The notes under the pieces were generated by a model. That model searched no databases. It was not told the origin of the DNA and worked only from the letters and a program-made list of their open reading frames with translations. A stretch of DNA of 61,694 bases, the filler included, from Sphacelaria rigidula (lineage: Eukaryota): the NCBI GenBank assembly GCA_964200075.2. It is 9 parts of 9 records of this genome, joined end to end, with 100 filler letters (N's around TTAATTAATTAA, not from the genome) between each part and the next. Parts side by side here need not be neighbours in the genome. Positions count along the whole stretch, not along the records: positions 48,064 to 54,829 come from CAXNAA020018190.1; positions 54,930 to 61,694 come from CAXNAA020018191.1; 7 more parts are not named here. One strand, 5' to 3'. The number at the start of each line of letters is the position of its first letter. The first letter of the stretch is position 1. The position numbers were made by a program, and so were the translations under genes. Shown here in pieces: positions 48,064 to 61,058 of the stretch.

Positions 48064-51000
48064 GAACCTCTTACATATCTCATCTCTGTCCTGTTTCGCC
48101 GTCTCTGGCCACCATCTATCCCCTAGTCTGGAGGGGGGGGGGGGGGGATCCTTGGCACCTTTCAACAAGTCGCGCGTGTATATGATAAGAAATGTCGTGT
48201 GAACATTTCAGCGCCTAACTTTTCGAATTACCAACCGCCTGGCCCGAGAATATTAAAAAATCACTGTGAGCTGGCCAAGCTCGTATGTAGAACCCATTTT
48301 TTAAGTTGCTGATCGAAGCTCCAACGCTTGCCGCTCATCGATTTCAGGTATCCTTCAAGATATCCAGGCACAGCCTAAGGGGGAGGGGGAGGTAGACAAT
48401 TTCGGGCACACCTGCTGGGTTCGCAGTCGTGGTCAGGTATCCTGCCGTCCTACAGCAGTGAGCAAGCAGCATGGTGGACCCATACCCGGCAGAGCATTCA
48501 CTCTTTGCACTACAGCACATTGAAGCAGCACACGTGATACTTCGAAGTATATGGGAAAATCTATTCATGTTTTTTTATGCCGTACGTTATGCGATCTTCC
48601 TAAGCGAGAGATGGCCACGTTCAGGTATTCTGAACGCTATTGCGACAACTTCAGGTATAGGTCCTTTGGGGGGACAATATAAGCTACCCCAACCACGGTC
48701 ATTTGAGGAGTGAATAAGCGTAGTGTACGGTGCGTATGGTGCCGCGGTGTACGGTACAGTCTGTGTTGTGGCGACCTATGCACTTTTGAACTGAACTCTG
48801 GTCGATCGTACATTTGGCGGGGCAACCTGCAGTCAATCACTGCGACAAATAAAAATCACGTCAAGCCACGTCACATCAGCTTCCGCTATGAAATTTTTAA
48901 CGTCCAATGTGAAGTTTCGAAGCTTCCACTCTGCACTCTGACTCTATGATGAAAAAATATATATTTCGAAACTCTCTGTTGTATATATACATATTGTTCT
49001 TTGTTGTCTTCATTTCATTTTGTTGTTTCCCTTAATATATTATATTTTACTTCCTTAGTCTACTCTTGCCGGTTATACCTTCCTGTTTTCTCCACTTCAT
49101 TTTTCACCGAGTGTTTCCATTTTGTTTTATCTCGGGTACATCTCTAATGTGACTAATGGGACCACGGCTTGATCCCTAGGGGATAAGCTAAAGTACGACA
49201 ATCAATCAAATCGGCCTATCAATATCCCTCAAGGTGTCCCTTTGTTCTTCGCCGGCCACTCCCGTCACAGGGTGCGGTTACCTGAGTTTTCCGTCTACTG
49301 TCCCGCGTTCGATGTCAAATGGACTAAGGCAGCTTTCTATCCGATGTTCGGAGTTCATGTAGAAAAAGCGGACCGGACCGGGTCGAAGCAGTGTGTTATG
49401 TATAAAAGGAAGAAATAAAGGCGATCGAGACCCCTGCAGTAGTACAGCGGCGGCCTGCTGTTGATGATAGAAACTGTTAACTCGTGGGGCGCACGATACT
49501 ACAGGCCGACGTTACAGTAGTGGGCGGTCCCTAACTATTCATTTTGTGGCATTTTGTGCTTTTTTCGTAATTGGCGGTTTTCTTGGGCTCTTTTCGCTTC
49601 CCAACCCCTATCACATCGGGGATCTGAAGATATTTGTATTCGCTCCACATTCCAAGAAAAAAAAATCATCTGCACTCAATATTGAGTGACTCACGGGCTG
49701 ACCGGTCATCGGGGGTCCTGCCACGTTTCAGCCCAGATTCTTACTCTTCTGTATTTTCGGTCGATCGGGTCCGTCCTGATCATGTTTGTAAAGAAATGTA
49801 AAGTTTCATTTTTTTTTAATTCTTCCTATCCATTGCACTATGGCCGAAAAACTGTGTTTCACGATCAATAACACCCTCCTGATGAACGGGGTATTTACTC
49901 GTTTCGCCCGATAACACGAACATACACTGACTTGGGCACTGTATTTCGAGGATGATCTGTTGTGCTGTACCAAAATCTACCCACGCTAGCAATTTTAACT
50001 TCTATCGGAGAGTAGTACGCGAGGAAAACCCCAAAACATCTCGAAATAGTTGGACCGCCCACTACTGTAGATCAATCACTGGAAACATGTAGAAAAAGAA
50101 TACCGCTTCGGTGTTAGCTATGAACGTGCACCAGGGGTCTGGGAACAGGGGAGTACACGGCATGTATGTATGCTGTCGTTGATGGTGGTGCTCGCCAGCA
50201 GAGACGAGCTGCTCGCCTACGGCGTTGGGGCTATGACCAGCGTTGAAGTTCAACAAAAAAATGATTGTTTGCTTGCTTGTTTTTTTGTCGCGAATGACCT
50301 TATCCCCAAGGGACCCAACCATGGTCATACCATTGACGTATGTAGCAAAGTGTGGTGTATTTTACCTCAGACACGTGACATAGCGTGGATTGTCAGACGG
50401 GGGTGCACGCTAGCATTGTGAGGGCTTGGACTTCTGCTTGGGATAACAGCGCCGCGCGTGGAGGTGTGCACATCCTTGCCCAGTCGAGTCAGTCATGCTC
50501 CACGACCTTCATTTTGCCATAACCTCTCGGGTGAACATACACGTAGGTAGACTGTTCAAGCGTGATAGCAAGCGGTACAATTCAAGAGAGACTCAACCAG
50601 ACTGATCAACCGTGGAAAACCCGCAGCAGTGCGACTCAAGACATCAATCGAGACAAACGGAAATATCACCGGCCCCCAATCTGCAGAACACAGGCGTGGC
50701 TGACCTCGGGGGCCAAGAGCCTTCAACACAAGGAGTGTACCTTTGACATTGCTCTGTAGAGTGCATGTCATAGCTGCGGACAAGTAGCCATAACATGAAG
50801 TATTTACGAGTATCATTGCGGTATGGTTAGGTTGCGAAGAATCCTAGACCTCTGGATGACTGGCAACAACAAATCTAGATCAATGGGGGGGGAGGGGGTT
50901 ATTCCAAACCTTTACGCGCGGACTGGTGAATAGCGATGTTCAACTAATTTACCTTGACGCCATTCCAACAGATGGACACGTGCACATCAACGCACTCAAA

Positions 51001-51071
51001 CCTCGGCGTTTAAGCGCTAAATGCGCAGGGTACGCGTTGGTTCCATCGGTATCACGGTCGACGACACATAC

Positions 51072-51189
51072 CTTGAGGGTATCGAGCATCTGCGGGCTAC
51101 CCTTGCTGTCCTTCTCGCTGATCGTCCCCGTCTTCACCAGCAAGCAATCGGCGAGAGTACTCTTGCCGTGGTCGATGTGCGCGATGATA
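51072..51189 (-). CDS. GUF1: Internal exon of translation factor GUF1/LepA (EF-4), G1/P-loop region
   Basis: AAAG| acceptor and AAG|GTATGT donor; 118 nt. [39 protein letters not shown]. The following ERERGIT exon was not found in the contig. Confidence 0.82.
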
Positions 51190-51655
51190 CTTTGATGGAA
51201 ATATTTACGGCAGTTTCAGCAGTAGCAAGCACAAACAGAATGGTGAACTTCAAGGTTCGGACGAATCATTGCTGGTTCGAATCACAGAATCTACGATATC
51301 TGAGGTCTGATTTCTCGAAATAGATGAGAACGATAACCGCGGGTCGGAAAAGTCTCTACGCAAATTTTGCGATATTCCACGTGCCTGGGGTGCGCGTTCC
51401 TGGAGTGCAGCACTGAAAACCAAAACCAAGGATTTGATTCGTACGGTACAAATCACTTACACTAAACGAAAGTAATTTTCAGATATTCACTACTCGTCCA
51501 ACCCTTGGTGTATTTGACGGGGGGGGGGGGGCAACACTAGGAGACGGAGAGAGGGATTTCGGAGGGCGGTGTTCTGATTTNNNNNNNNNNAGTACAAACT
51601 AAACAAAACTCTACAACAGAAACAAATATTTTTGCGTCTATCGTCCGGCGGCCGG

Positions 51656-51689
<34 letters not shown>

Positions 51690-51883
51690 ACACTAGGAGA
51701 CGGAGAGAGTGATTTCGGAGTGCGGTGTTCTCATTTTGGGAACGGGGCAGGGTCATGTTCTACTTCGTGGCGGAAGCTTTTAATTCAAACAGCTGTTTCG
51801 TTCGTTCCACCACACGCTGTTCCAGTCTTCTTCAGGCTCCATTCCCGTGCCAGACGTTATTGCCACATGCACACATATACACG

Positions 51884-51885
<2 letters not shown>

Positions 51886-51940
<55 letters not shown>
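51886..51940. repeat. (CA)n microsatellite
   Basis: Perfect dinucleotide run. Confidence 0.95.
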
Positions 51941-51942
<2 letters not shown>

Positions 51943-53764
51943 TTCTGCTGCAAACGTTAGCCTGGACTAAGGGCATACGGGATTATCGTTGCGCCAAGGC
52001 TATATAGACCTGCGCAAGGGCTACATGACGAGTGTGACATCAAGCTAGTGAAAATACTAGACTGTGCCCCCTCCCCCAGCGTGGGTTGGTACAACGCTAT
52101 GAGGTACCATTTGGGTACACGTAAACGTGCATCATCCAGGGAACGGCTGCTCAAGTTGCCCTCCAGGTAGGAATGTATGATCCCACCACGAGATGACGAA
52201 ATTATAGGAAATGCCTAGACAGTTGTCATGTTTCTCTCAATGAGAAAGAGGGGGATTTCAAAAGGGTGCTCTGGTCAGAACAACGTCTCAAGTCTTGCTG
52301 CAGCTCATGTAAGAATCCTCCCCATCGCACTATGTTCATGAGAGAGGCACCCCCTCTCTCCCCAACACAGCACAGCACATGCACCACATCACAGCAAACA
52401 CTGTTTCGAGTGAGGAGACGTTACAGCAACGTGGCTCACACCTGCTATCTAACAACGCGTCCTATTGGTGCTACTGTATATTGTCTCTATGGCCGTCTAT
52501 ACCGATTATTTAGTATGTGTGCGCGTTTGTGCATGTTTCCAGTTTTGTACCATCACATTGCATTTGTCTCGGACAAAAAATGTATCAGAGTCCCGTGTCT
52601 CGAGATTTGGCCAAAACAAGGGTAAACCGTCCACAAAGTCCAATGCTATCCGGCGGAATGAAAGGCTTCCACGATTGACTGCAGTGGTGACGAGAACACG
52701 GTGGAGGGGCGGAGGTGATGACAGCATGGATCGCATCCTGTTGACCTGACACCTGACAACAGCATAGCTCGCTGTGAACCTGAAAACGGAACAAGGCATA
52801 TACATCTATATTATTCTCTTTCCATCCTACTTTTGACCCATCCCCTTCCTCGGGAGAAGTTCCGACTCTCAAGGGATCAGTTCATCTCACTGTACCAGCC
52901 TGGGAAGGTGGTTTTACGGATAGGAGCAGCACTCCCGCACCGCGTCATGTCCCGTCGAAATGATATTTTCTGCTCACGACCTCATGTCTTCAACGAACGG
53001 TGAAAAATGTATTTTGTTCATAAGGATTGCACAACCCGCAATTCTTCTCCCTAAGTGGCCATTGATGCCACCGCGGCGTGGCGGTTACACACTATTATCT
53101 GCGTTCTGGTATGAAACCGAAGCAGTTCCCTCGCGGTGGTTGTGACTTTCCCTCGTGTCAGTATGGAATCCCGTCTCCAAGACTGTACTAGAAGAGAAAC
53201 GCGGAGAGTAGAGATTCTCGACACCGCAGCCGGGTGGACCCCCAAAATCCGATGTTGTACCAGTCTTGCGCTTGAAGAAAAAAAAACAATTTTCAGTGGA
53301 ACTACTCGCGTACAAAAGTCATCGTACAATGTTTGAGCTCGAAACAGACGCAGAACACGCACAGTTGGCGTGGTGGTTACGCCCCCAGCGGAGGGGTAGG
53401 AGTCCAACAAGCGGCATCGCTGAAAAGCCTAATTCAAGGCAGGACTGTCGGTGCGGAGATCTGGCTGCCGAGGTGACTGTTTCCGCAGTTATATGGTATG
53501 GATCGTGTTGCTTTGCGTTGCTGCGTGGCGATCGCAATGGTACGCCGCCAGGCGCCGACCATGATGTAGACCCCACGCTTTGGCGAGGCGCAGAGGGTAG
53601 CCCATAATGTATTCAATCCAACTGAAAAATAATTATGTAAAATGGTGCCGGCGCGAAAATTAGCACAGCAAATGTTTCCACGCATGTTTGTTGGCAAGAG
53701 TCGGCGAAATTGAACTGCGAACAATGCTGTAGTAAAGCGGCATAATAGAGTGAGTTTCGATGCG

Positions 53765-53970
53765 GTCATGTACTGTGTATTGCTGTATAATGTTGTATTG
53801 CACTGCAGTATGCTGGATTCGGTATCGTCCTGCTTTGTGCTGTACTCCTCTGTGCTGTACTGTACTGTACTGAACCGCACTGTTTTGCCCTTTACAGTGC
53901 TACGGTGTATTGCGCTCTACTGTCCTGTCCCATTCTGTACTGCACTGTTATGTACTCCACTGTACTTAGC
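53765..53970. repeat. Degenerate (TGTAC)n low-complexity pentamer tract
   Basis: Recurrent TGTAC, TGTGC and CTGTA units. Confidence 0.7.
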
Positions 53971-54829
53971 TGCCGCATATGATGTAACACAGTTTTTGTG
54001 AAATGGAGAGGTGAGGATACATTCCAGAGTAGGCAGCGGTGAATACATGAATGGATAATTTCTGTTCCGAGATGCCCCTCCACGGCGCCCCACACGCCTT
54101 CCATTGTAGCTTGCCAATGAACTCCTTCATATCCCTGAGTACGGTAGAGGCGTCAGCTTAAACCTTTCGCGAGTGATTGAAGCGAACGAAAGCACACACA
54201 GGATAAGAAATTGGCCAAGGTGAAGCGAATAATATAACCCACTCTCGACCAACGCTCTACTGCCAATCTCACGAAAACATTCTTGTACGTGATGATCGTG
54301 CGTCCTTCTCGGGTGGAAGACGGCGTCGGCGTGTACATCGGGGTTGAAAGTAGGGCCGCAGTGGGTGCGGGTTTGTGTACATGACACTAGCGATCAATCA
54401 CATAACCACAGGTCCGACGGTTCACCGCTCACTGCGGTCGTGATCGGCAGGTGTGGTACCATGAACACGCCGCCGGGGGGAAGTTGCGTGACAGGCCGCG
54501 ACTCCGAGAACGAGGGAGTACACGCCGTGGGGACACCGGTGAGAAACGCATCTGTTGCTCTGCACAATGTTTGCATCGCATTGTTGTCCGTATGTGGAGC
54601 ACATGTTGTCAAGGATTCAAAACACCGTCGTTGTTCTACACATGGCGTCCTGTATCAGGACGAATGTATGCCGGCCGATGGTTCCTGTCCCTCTTGTCGA
54701 GCCTACCCTTTGGATTATGATTCCTGGTAGGCGGGCTCCCCACCAGAATGAAAATACCTTGCCCACCAGTTCCTAATAAATAATGACTGCCTCAACACCG
54801 CCCGGTGTTGTCGCTTTGCAACTGCCACT

Positions 54830-54929
54830 NNNNNNNNNNNNNNNNNNNNNNNNNNNNNNNNNNNNNNNNNNNNTTAATTAATTAANNNNNNNNNNNNNNN
54901 NNNNNNNNNNNNNNNNNNNNNNNNNNNNN
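54830..54929. other. Artificial contig linker
   Basis: N44-TTAATTAATTAA-N44. Confidence 0.99.
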
Positions 54930-55707
54930 TTTCGCTCTGCTGTAGGTGGGGGGGGACGGGGGGGGGGGGGGGGGGGGGGGGAGTTGAAACTGTGGCGAAA
55001 AAGAAAACGATCACCATCTTACGTTGCTCACCACCGACTCGTGTGGACCCGCGTTCCATCCTCTATGCTCAGTCAGCTTGCTCAGTCAGATCCGTTGTCA
55101 ACGGCAGATATCGCCTCAACGTCTTGATATAGGCGTTTTGGCCGTAAGGTGGAGGAAGTCATTTCACTGGTAAAGCATGCACTCCTGTAACTTTCTTCCC
55201 TCTGAGGGACAAAAGTGAAGAGCATATCCGTGATCCTCACCTCAAAATCTGTCTACGTCGATAAATTTGGTTCGTAAGTATCCAGACTTTTTCTTCGCCA
55301 GGCGTGTCGCGGGTCAGGGAAGTCCCAGTGTGGGTTGGAGATCCGTACACCTCGTGCCCGGTAATTCGTTCGTATATTTTCGCATATGCTTTCCATGTGC
55401 GTTGGGCCACGATGCCATCGCTCGACATGCGAGCTTTCGTTCGACACAAGTCGCAACATGGGAGGCGCTACCCCACCAAAGATACGAGTAAAACCAAACG
55501 GGCCTATTCCCTTCTGTCGCTATGCGATGTCAACTGCCAAGTTGGTTGACACCCGATTTTCTTTTCACCGTCCATATGGAGATATGATAAACAGCTTTGT
55601 TGCCTTGATGAACAGCTGTAGGGATGTGGAATGTACGCATGTACATGGGTCGTTAGAATTAAGTAGGCCGAGAAGAAATCGAATCCTAAATAGGCCATTA
55701 TTGTATA

Positions 55708-56677
55708 CGGTGGGGGGCTCTCAGTAGTGCCGGTATGTGCCCACCACCGACACTGCACTACTCAGAGAGCCCGGCACTACTCTGAATAGTGCCAAAACAG
55801 GTGCAATTGAGGGCTCTGAATACCTCAGTAGTGCCGGTTCTGACACTACTGACGACCGTCCGTTCGTACAGTGCTACGCTTGCCCTTCGTGGAACCAACG
55901 GAAGCACAAAACGGACGAGGACCTTTGTTTCAAGGGATTTCGATAGGATACATCACGTAAGGTTTCGGGGTAGCAAAACTAAACCCGATGTTTTTATGTT
56001 TTTCACGTTCAACTTGATTGATCCTGTTCATAGGTTGATCATTTCCTTCCCTACTAGCACAACAGCAGCAGTACGGCCACAAAAGTTGCTCATGCCGAAA
56101 GACCTTCCCGACAAGAAAAATAAGGACACATCTGCACCCAACGCAACTATGAAGGTGCGGCATCTGGTGTGGAAAAAAACTCACGAAAGAGTACACCGCC
56201 CACCAAAAGGAGTGAGCGAGAAAGAATGAACCACACCACTTTTCACTTCCTACCGGCTACCGAGACAAGGAGAGAGAGAAACAAACGACCTCGAAATAAA
56301 ACACCGATGCAGAAAACTATACACAACTCCTCCCGTGGCTGTGCTCGGGCGTAGATGCTACGGGCTACCCGATAGAAAACAACATCAGTAAAGCAACCAC
56401 CACAGGCATGTTGTGTCTCTACGTTGCAAGGTCTGCACCAGCACTTACCCTGCTGTACCCCTACTGGTGCTTGGTTAGTGGGGGGTATGGCGTGCGTGAA
56501 TGTGTCCGGAACCGGCACTGTTGAAGGTACAAAACCGTTCAAACCGGCACTACTGATGGTCATCTGTCAGTAGTGCCGCCCGGCACTGTTGCGAGCTCTG
56601 GCTGTACCCGGAGTTTTTACCGGCATTATATAGGTCGTTAGCACTCTTCAACCGGCACTACTGAGAGCCCCCCACTG
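55708..56677. mobile_element. Non-autonomous Tc1/mariner-type element (970 bp)
   Basis: 27-bp TIR C(A/G)GTGGGGGGCTCTCAGTAGTGCCGGT with 1 mismatch, TA on both flanks and subterminal CCGGCACTACTG-like repeats. No transposase ORF. Confidence 0.85.
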
Positions 56678-57873
56678 TACTTGCAACTCCCGGCCCTTGG
56701 ACCGCATCGCCTTCAACGCCCGGCGCACAGTAATAACGTGGACATGTTGTACCGTGCGCCACACATGGGCTGCCAGTGTGCAGCCGTCAGAATAAGTATC
56801 AAGTATCAATCACGGGTACATGTGATGTTTTGTTTCTTTTTATTTCGGAACGAAAGCAGTCGTGATCAGCAATATTTTTCTCCCTCTTCCAAACTCTCGA
56901 AACCTCCGACACGTAGGATGAGTGTCGACACAATCGTGCGTTAAATTTCACGGCTTCCTCAACATCGATCCGTTTGTAAAGGAAAATATGCTACGTACTA
57001 GAATATACGCGATACATCAGAAGCCAGTGCGTTGAGATCAAGGTGTCGGCAGAAGGGGTCCAGGAACTAGAGTCAGCACGGTCCAGTGCGAGGTACCAAC
57101 AGGAACAATTCGGACACCTATGGTTGGGGTTCAGAGCTGACGTTGAGAGAGTATGTCCGGAGAAAAGATTCCATAACAGAAAAAGGTCGGTGGATACGGT
57201 GCACGCTCAAGACCGTGAACCCGACCTGAATCACTTACAACTTCGTACCCTACCCAATTAGGCCAAGCGTCATCCCGAGTGCCAAGAGTAGTGTTGAGAC
57301 AAGCGTTGTTACAGACCAAGTGTGGTGACCGACAAGAAAGGAACGAAAGGGAAATAAACAAGAGATTGATGAAAGGAGACCATGACACACTCTTGAGGTA
57401 CGCCAACGACACATCTTCTTGAGGAAGCCGTACCGCTAGCTATCCGCTCTGGTCAGTTAGTACCGAACAAGAGAACAGCATAAGGTTAGCGGTAGGCTTG
57501 CAATGTTCGCCGCTATAAGGGCTGCCGGAAGCAGAAAAAATGCCATATTTGGCTTTATCTCACGTCACCATTTAGCCCAGGATCCACGCACACACAGCAG
57601 CAGCAGCAGAAACTTTATTTTGACGCTGATCGACCGTCCAGCCAGACCGAGAAATTCATGCGCACTTCACGTAAATAGTTTCGTCTTGTCTACTGCAGTA
57701 CAACACTTTATCGGGAAGTGTATGAAAAAGACATCAGTCACGAAACCACGGCAAACTCCATCTTGACTGCTCTCTAGATGCAGCAAGACACACCGCACGT
57801 CTCAACCACAAGGAACAACACACCGGTGACAACTTCGAAACAGCGAAAGCTCAAAGTCTTTCGTGCTTAATTG

Positions 57874-59772
57874 CAGGGATCTACACGTTACACGTGCCAC
57901 AACGTTACACGTTACGTTCACGTTACGCTTTGGCCGAAACGTAACGTGAACGTTAAAAAAAAAACGTGATGAACGTAACGTGAACTTGACGTTAAATTTT
58001 TTAATGAAACGTTAACGTAACATTATTTTTTTTAACGTGCCAAACGGAACGTAACGTGAACATTAAATTGCCCAAACGTTCAAAACAGGTAACATGCAAC
58101 GTTTCATGTAACGTGTATCGTCTATCACACCTCATGTGTGCATTAGACGTTACACGTTGCATGAAACGTTGCATGTCACGTTACATATTACATAAAAACG
58201 TCATTAACATGTTACATAAAGCGGTGGACACTCCAAGTTTGCAATTAATTTTGAAATCCTAGGAGACAACGTAACTACGTAGTACTTTACAACGGTACAA
58301 GTACAGGCCGTGGATTTGCCATAATAACAGTACGAGGTTGCAAGTGCAGGCTGTCCTTGTAACCTTGTACTACTGTATTTCCGACTACAGGCTGTGTACT
58401 GCAAGCACAGTAGCGCAAGGTCGCCAGTACAGCCTGTACTCCGAGCTTTTCTGGGGTACGTCTATCACGCGACCACGGCTAGATCCCTGGGGGATCAGTT
58501 AGAACGCGACAATCAATCAAAATCGTCATAACCATCAATCATCTGCAAGCACAGTAGTGCAGTATGACAAGTACAGGCTGTTCTCACACAGTTGAACTCG
58601 AAAGCACAGTAGTGCAGTGCAAGGTTACAAGTACAGGCTGTATTTGCGAACACAGTAGAGTACGAGGTGGTTGCTGTACTTTGCAAATACAAGAGACAAT
58701 AGTAATAGTACTACAAGGATACGAACACCCTGTACTTTACACACACAAGTACGACACACAAGTACGAGGTAGTCAATCATTTGTTCGCGACAACGGGAGG
58801 CAGGCTAGCATTTGGTAGTGGTGAGATCGGCAATGTATTTGGCTCTACTTTGTTTGCAAATACCCGTAACCGTCTCAGAATAAGAAAAGCGGGCTCCCGA
58901 ATTGAAGAAAACGACGCAAGATCGGTAATAATAAAAAACGTGTGGGTGGATTTTTTTTTCCCCCCGTCTTGCCCCCACATGGGGGCATATCATTTTTCCG
59001 CTAGATGATTGGATTGATTGCCTGGACCGCGGTGTACATCTGTCATACATACATGCATACATGTATACATATACGTACACCTGCCCTTGACGGCGGTGAT
59101 GAACTATCTTATTATTTGTCCATGTACTGTATACATGTATACATATATAGAACCAAGAGTACGCTATAGTTTTCTCTGCGAAATGCCGGGACGACTCAAG
59201 CCGGCGTTTAATCATGTTCACGATTCGTTGTGTACAGTATGTGCTGTCGTGCGAATGACCAAGCATTCGAAAATTGAAAATTGAGCACAACAAAAATATG
59301 AAAAGAAGAGGAGAGATGTAGAAATAGTACGGTCAAAACCGAATGAACAAAACACTGTAGAGAAAGTAACGTGACACAATCAGAAAATGCGCCTACGCTC
59401 AAACATTCGACGGGCCACCATTAGCCTCACGTACATGGTAACGTCACGCCTTACACGGCACGTTACAACGCCTTCAACACTGGTAAATGAGCCGCGACAT
59501 GCACAGAATGAAACATTACATTCTAACGTTACACGTATCAACGAAACGTTATATTGGACGTTACATGTTCCATGAAACGTTCCATATTACGTTACATGTA
59601 ACGAAACGTAACGTTGAATTTTTTTCAGGAAATGAACGTAAACGTTCAAGTTTCAAATGAAACGTTAACGTAACGTAAAATTTTTCCAACTTGCCAAACG
59701 AAACGTGACGTGAACGTTAGATTTTACAAACATGATGGACGTGAACGTGAGCGTGTAACGAGTAGACCCCTG
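57874..59772. mobile_element. Non-autonomous hAT-type element (1899 bp)
   Basis: Perfect 8-bp TSD CTTAATTG (57866..57873 and 59773..59780). TIR CAGGG(A/G)TCTAC(A/T)CGTTACACG matches 19/21. Inverted ACGT-rich subterminal arrays at both ends. Confidence 0.9.
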
Positions 59773-60785
59773 CTTAATTGCTTCCTTCGTCCACGGGCCA
59801 TCGGTAGTGTACAGAGCTAGCCTTATGTATTGCTGTAGGAATCCACACAGCCAAAAGGATTCACGTCATGGGACCGTGAGTCGTCGGAGTCATCAGAGCC
59901 TGACCCTGAGGGGGAGACATCGTTTGCAATGAATTGCAATACTGCAGTGTAATGCGCACCACTTTTAGTCTATTATCGGTAATGATGTCAGTCCATTGGA
60001 TAATGACCCCATATATTGCGCTACGTAGCCAGTAACGGCAAATGGTCGATATATCAGTCCCAATCACCGATACGATGTGATGCGATACGATACATGGTAT
60101 CGGTTCTCGGTGCGATGTATGGCTGTACAACGGTACAATCAACGGAGTTACACATCGTAAAGCCATCGGCGAGAAACTGGTGAGTATGGCTATGAATGCC
60201 TGGCTTGTGCTGTGAATCGTCGGGCCGCACGTTCTACGAAACTAAAACTATAGAAATGCAGCGTCGGTTCTGCTTGGTCGTCATTTATTTCGCGTTCACT
60301 TTTCCATACAAACTTGATTTTTGCTTCAAAGGAGTGTAATGCGCTTTCAACACACATGTCTGGAGATGAAATCGTCATAGAAAGCATTTGCGAAGACTGG
60401 GCACGCGGTATATGGGGATCGAAATCTGCTCTGGAACTTTTTACCAGCGGTGGTTTTTCCAAGTCTGAAGTTTTTTTTTCATCATTACGTTTAGGGCAGA
60501 CAAATATTGGACAAGGATGATGGATATGTTTTTGATCTTCTCCTCCCTCAAATAATTCAAGCTATAGGGGTGCACGCTTCCTAGATAAAGGAAGTGATTT
60601 CTGCCACAATCGGCGTTGTCTATCCATCAAATTTCAGATAGGATTGTTCGGGACCCCACACACCAGACAAAACCCATCGAACGGGCACCCAACTAGGGGC
60701 CTGAGCGATGCGATTAAAGGGGTCAACGTATCTCCACGCAAAAGCTACGAGCTGGGCCAGCCGAGAAGCGATTCTGTAGTTTGCA

Positions 60786-61058
60786 GGCCCACTATACGAC
60801 CAATATTCAGAGTTGGACCCTGAAATTTGGTATGGACAATGAACAGGGCATAATAATAAAAATTGCCAGTGCACACAAGGTTTTTTTTCTTCTTTCCATG
60901 AGTGAGGGGCATTTTACCGATATCTGAAATCTGATGATTGCCCTTAACTCATGAAAAAGAAAAGATTGTGTGCACTATATATATTTTTTATTATGCCCTA
61001 TTCATTGTCCATACCAAATTTCAGGGTCCAACTCCAAGCATTGGCGGTATAATGGGCC
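60786..61058. repeat. Inverted repeat, arms about 120-125 bp, spacer about 27 bp
   Basis: GAGTTGGACCCTGAAATTTGGTATGGACAATGAA is the reverse complement of TTCATTGTCCATACCAAATTTCAGGGTCCAACTC. Confidence 0.85.

Noticed and set aside
51515-51740. Direct duplication of poly-G + CAACACTAGGAGACGGAGAGAG
   Set aside because: The copies flank a 10-N gap and homopolymer runs; likely a scaffolding overlap artefact.
6768-54929. Regularly spaced TTAATTAATTAA motif as a biological repeat or CRISPR-like array
   Set aside because: It is always embedded in 44+44 Ns and is a six-frame-stop linker.
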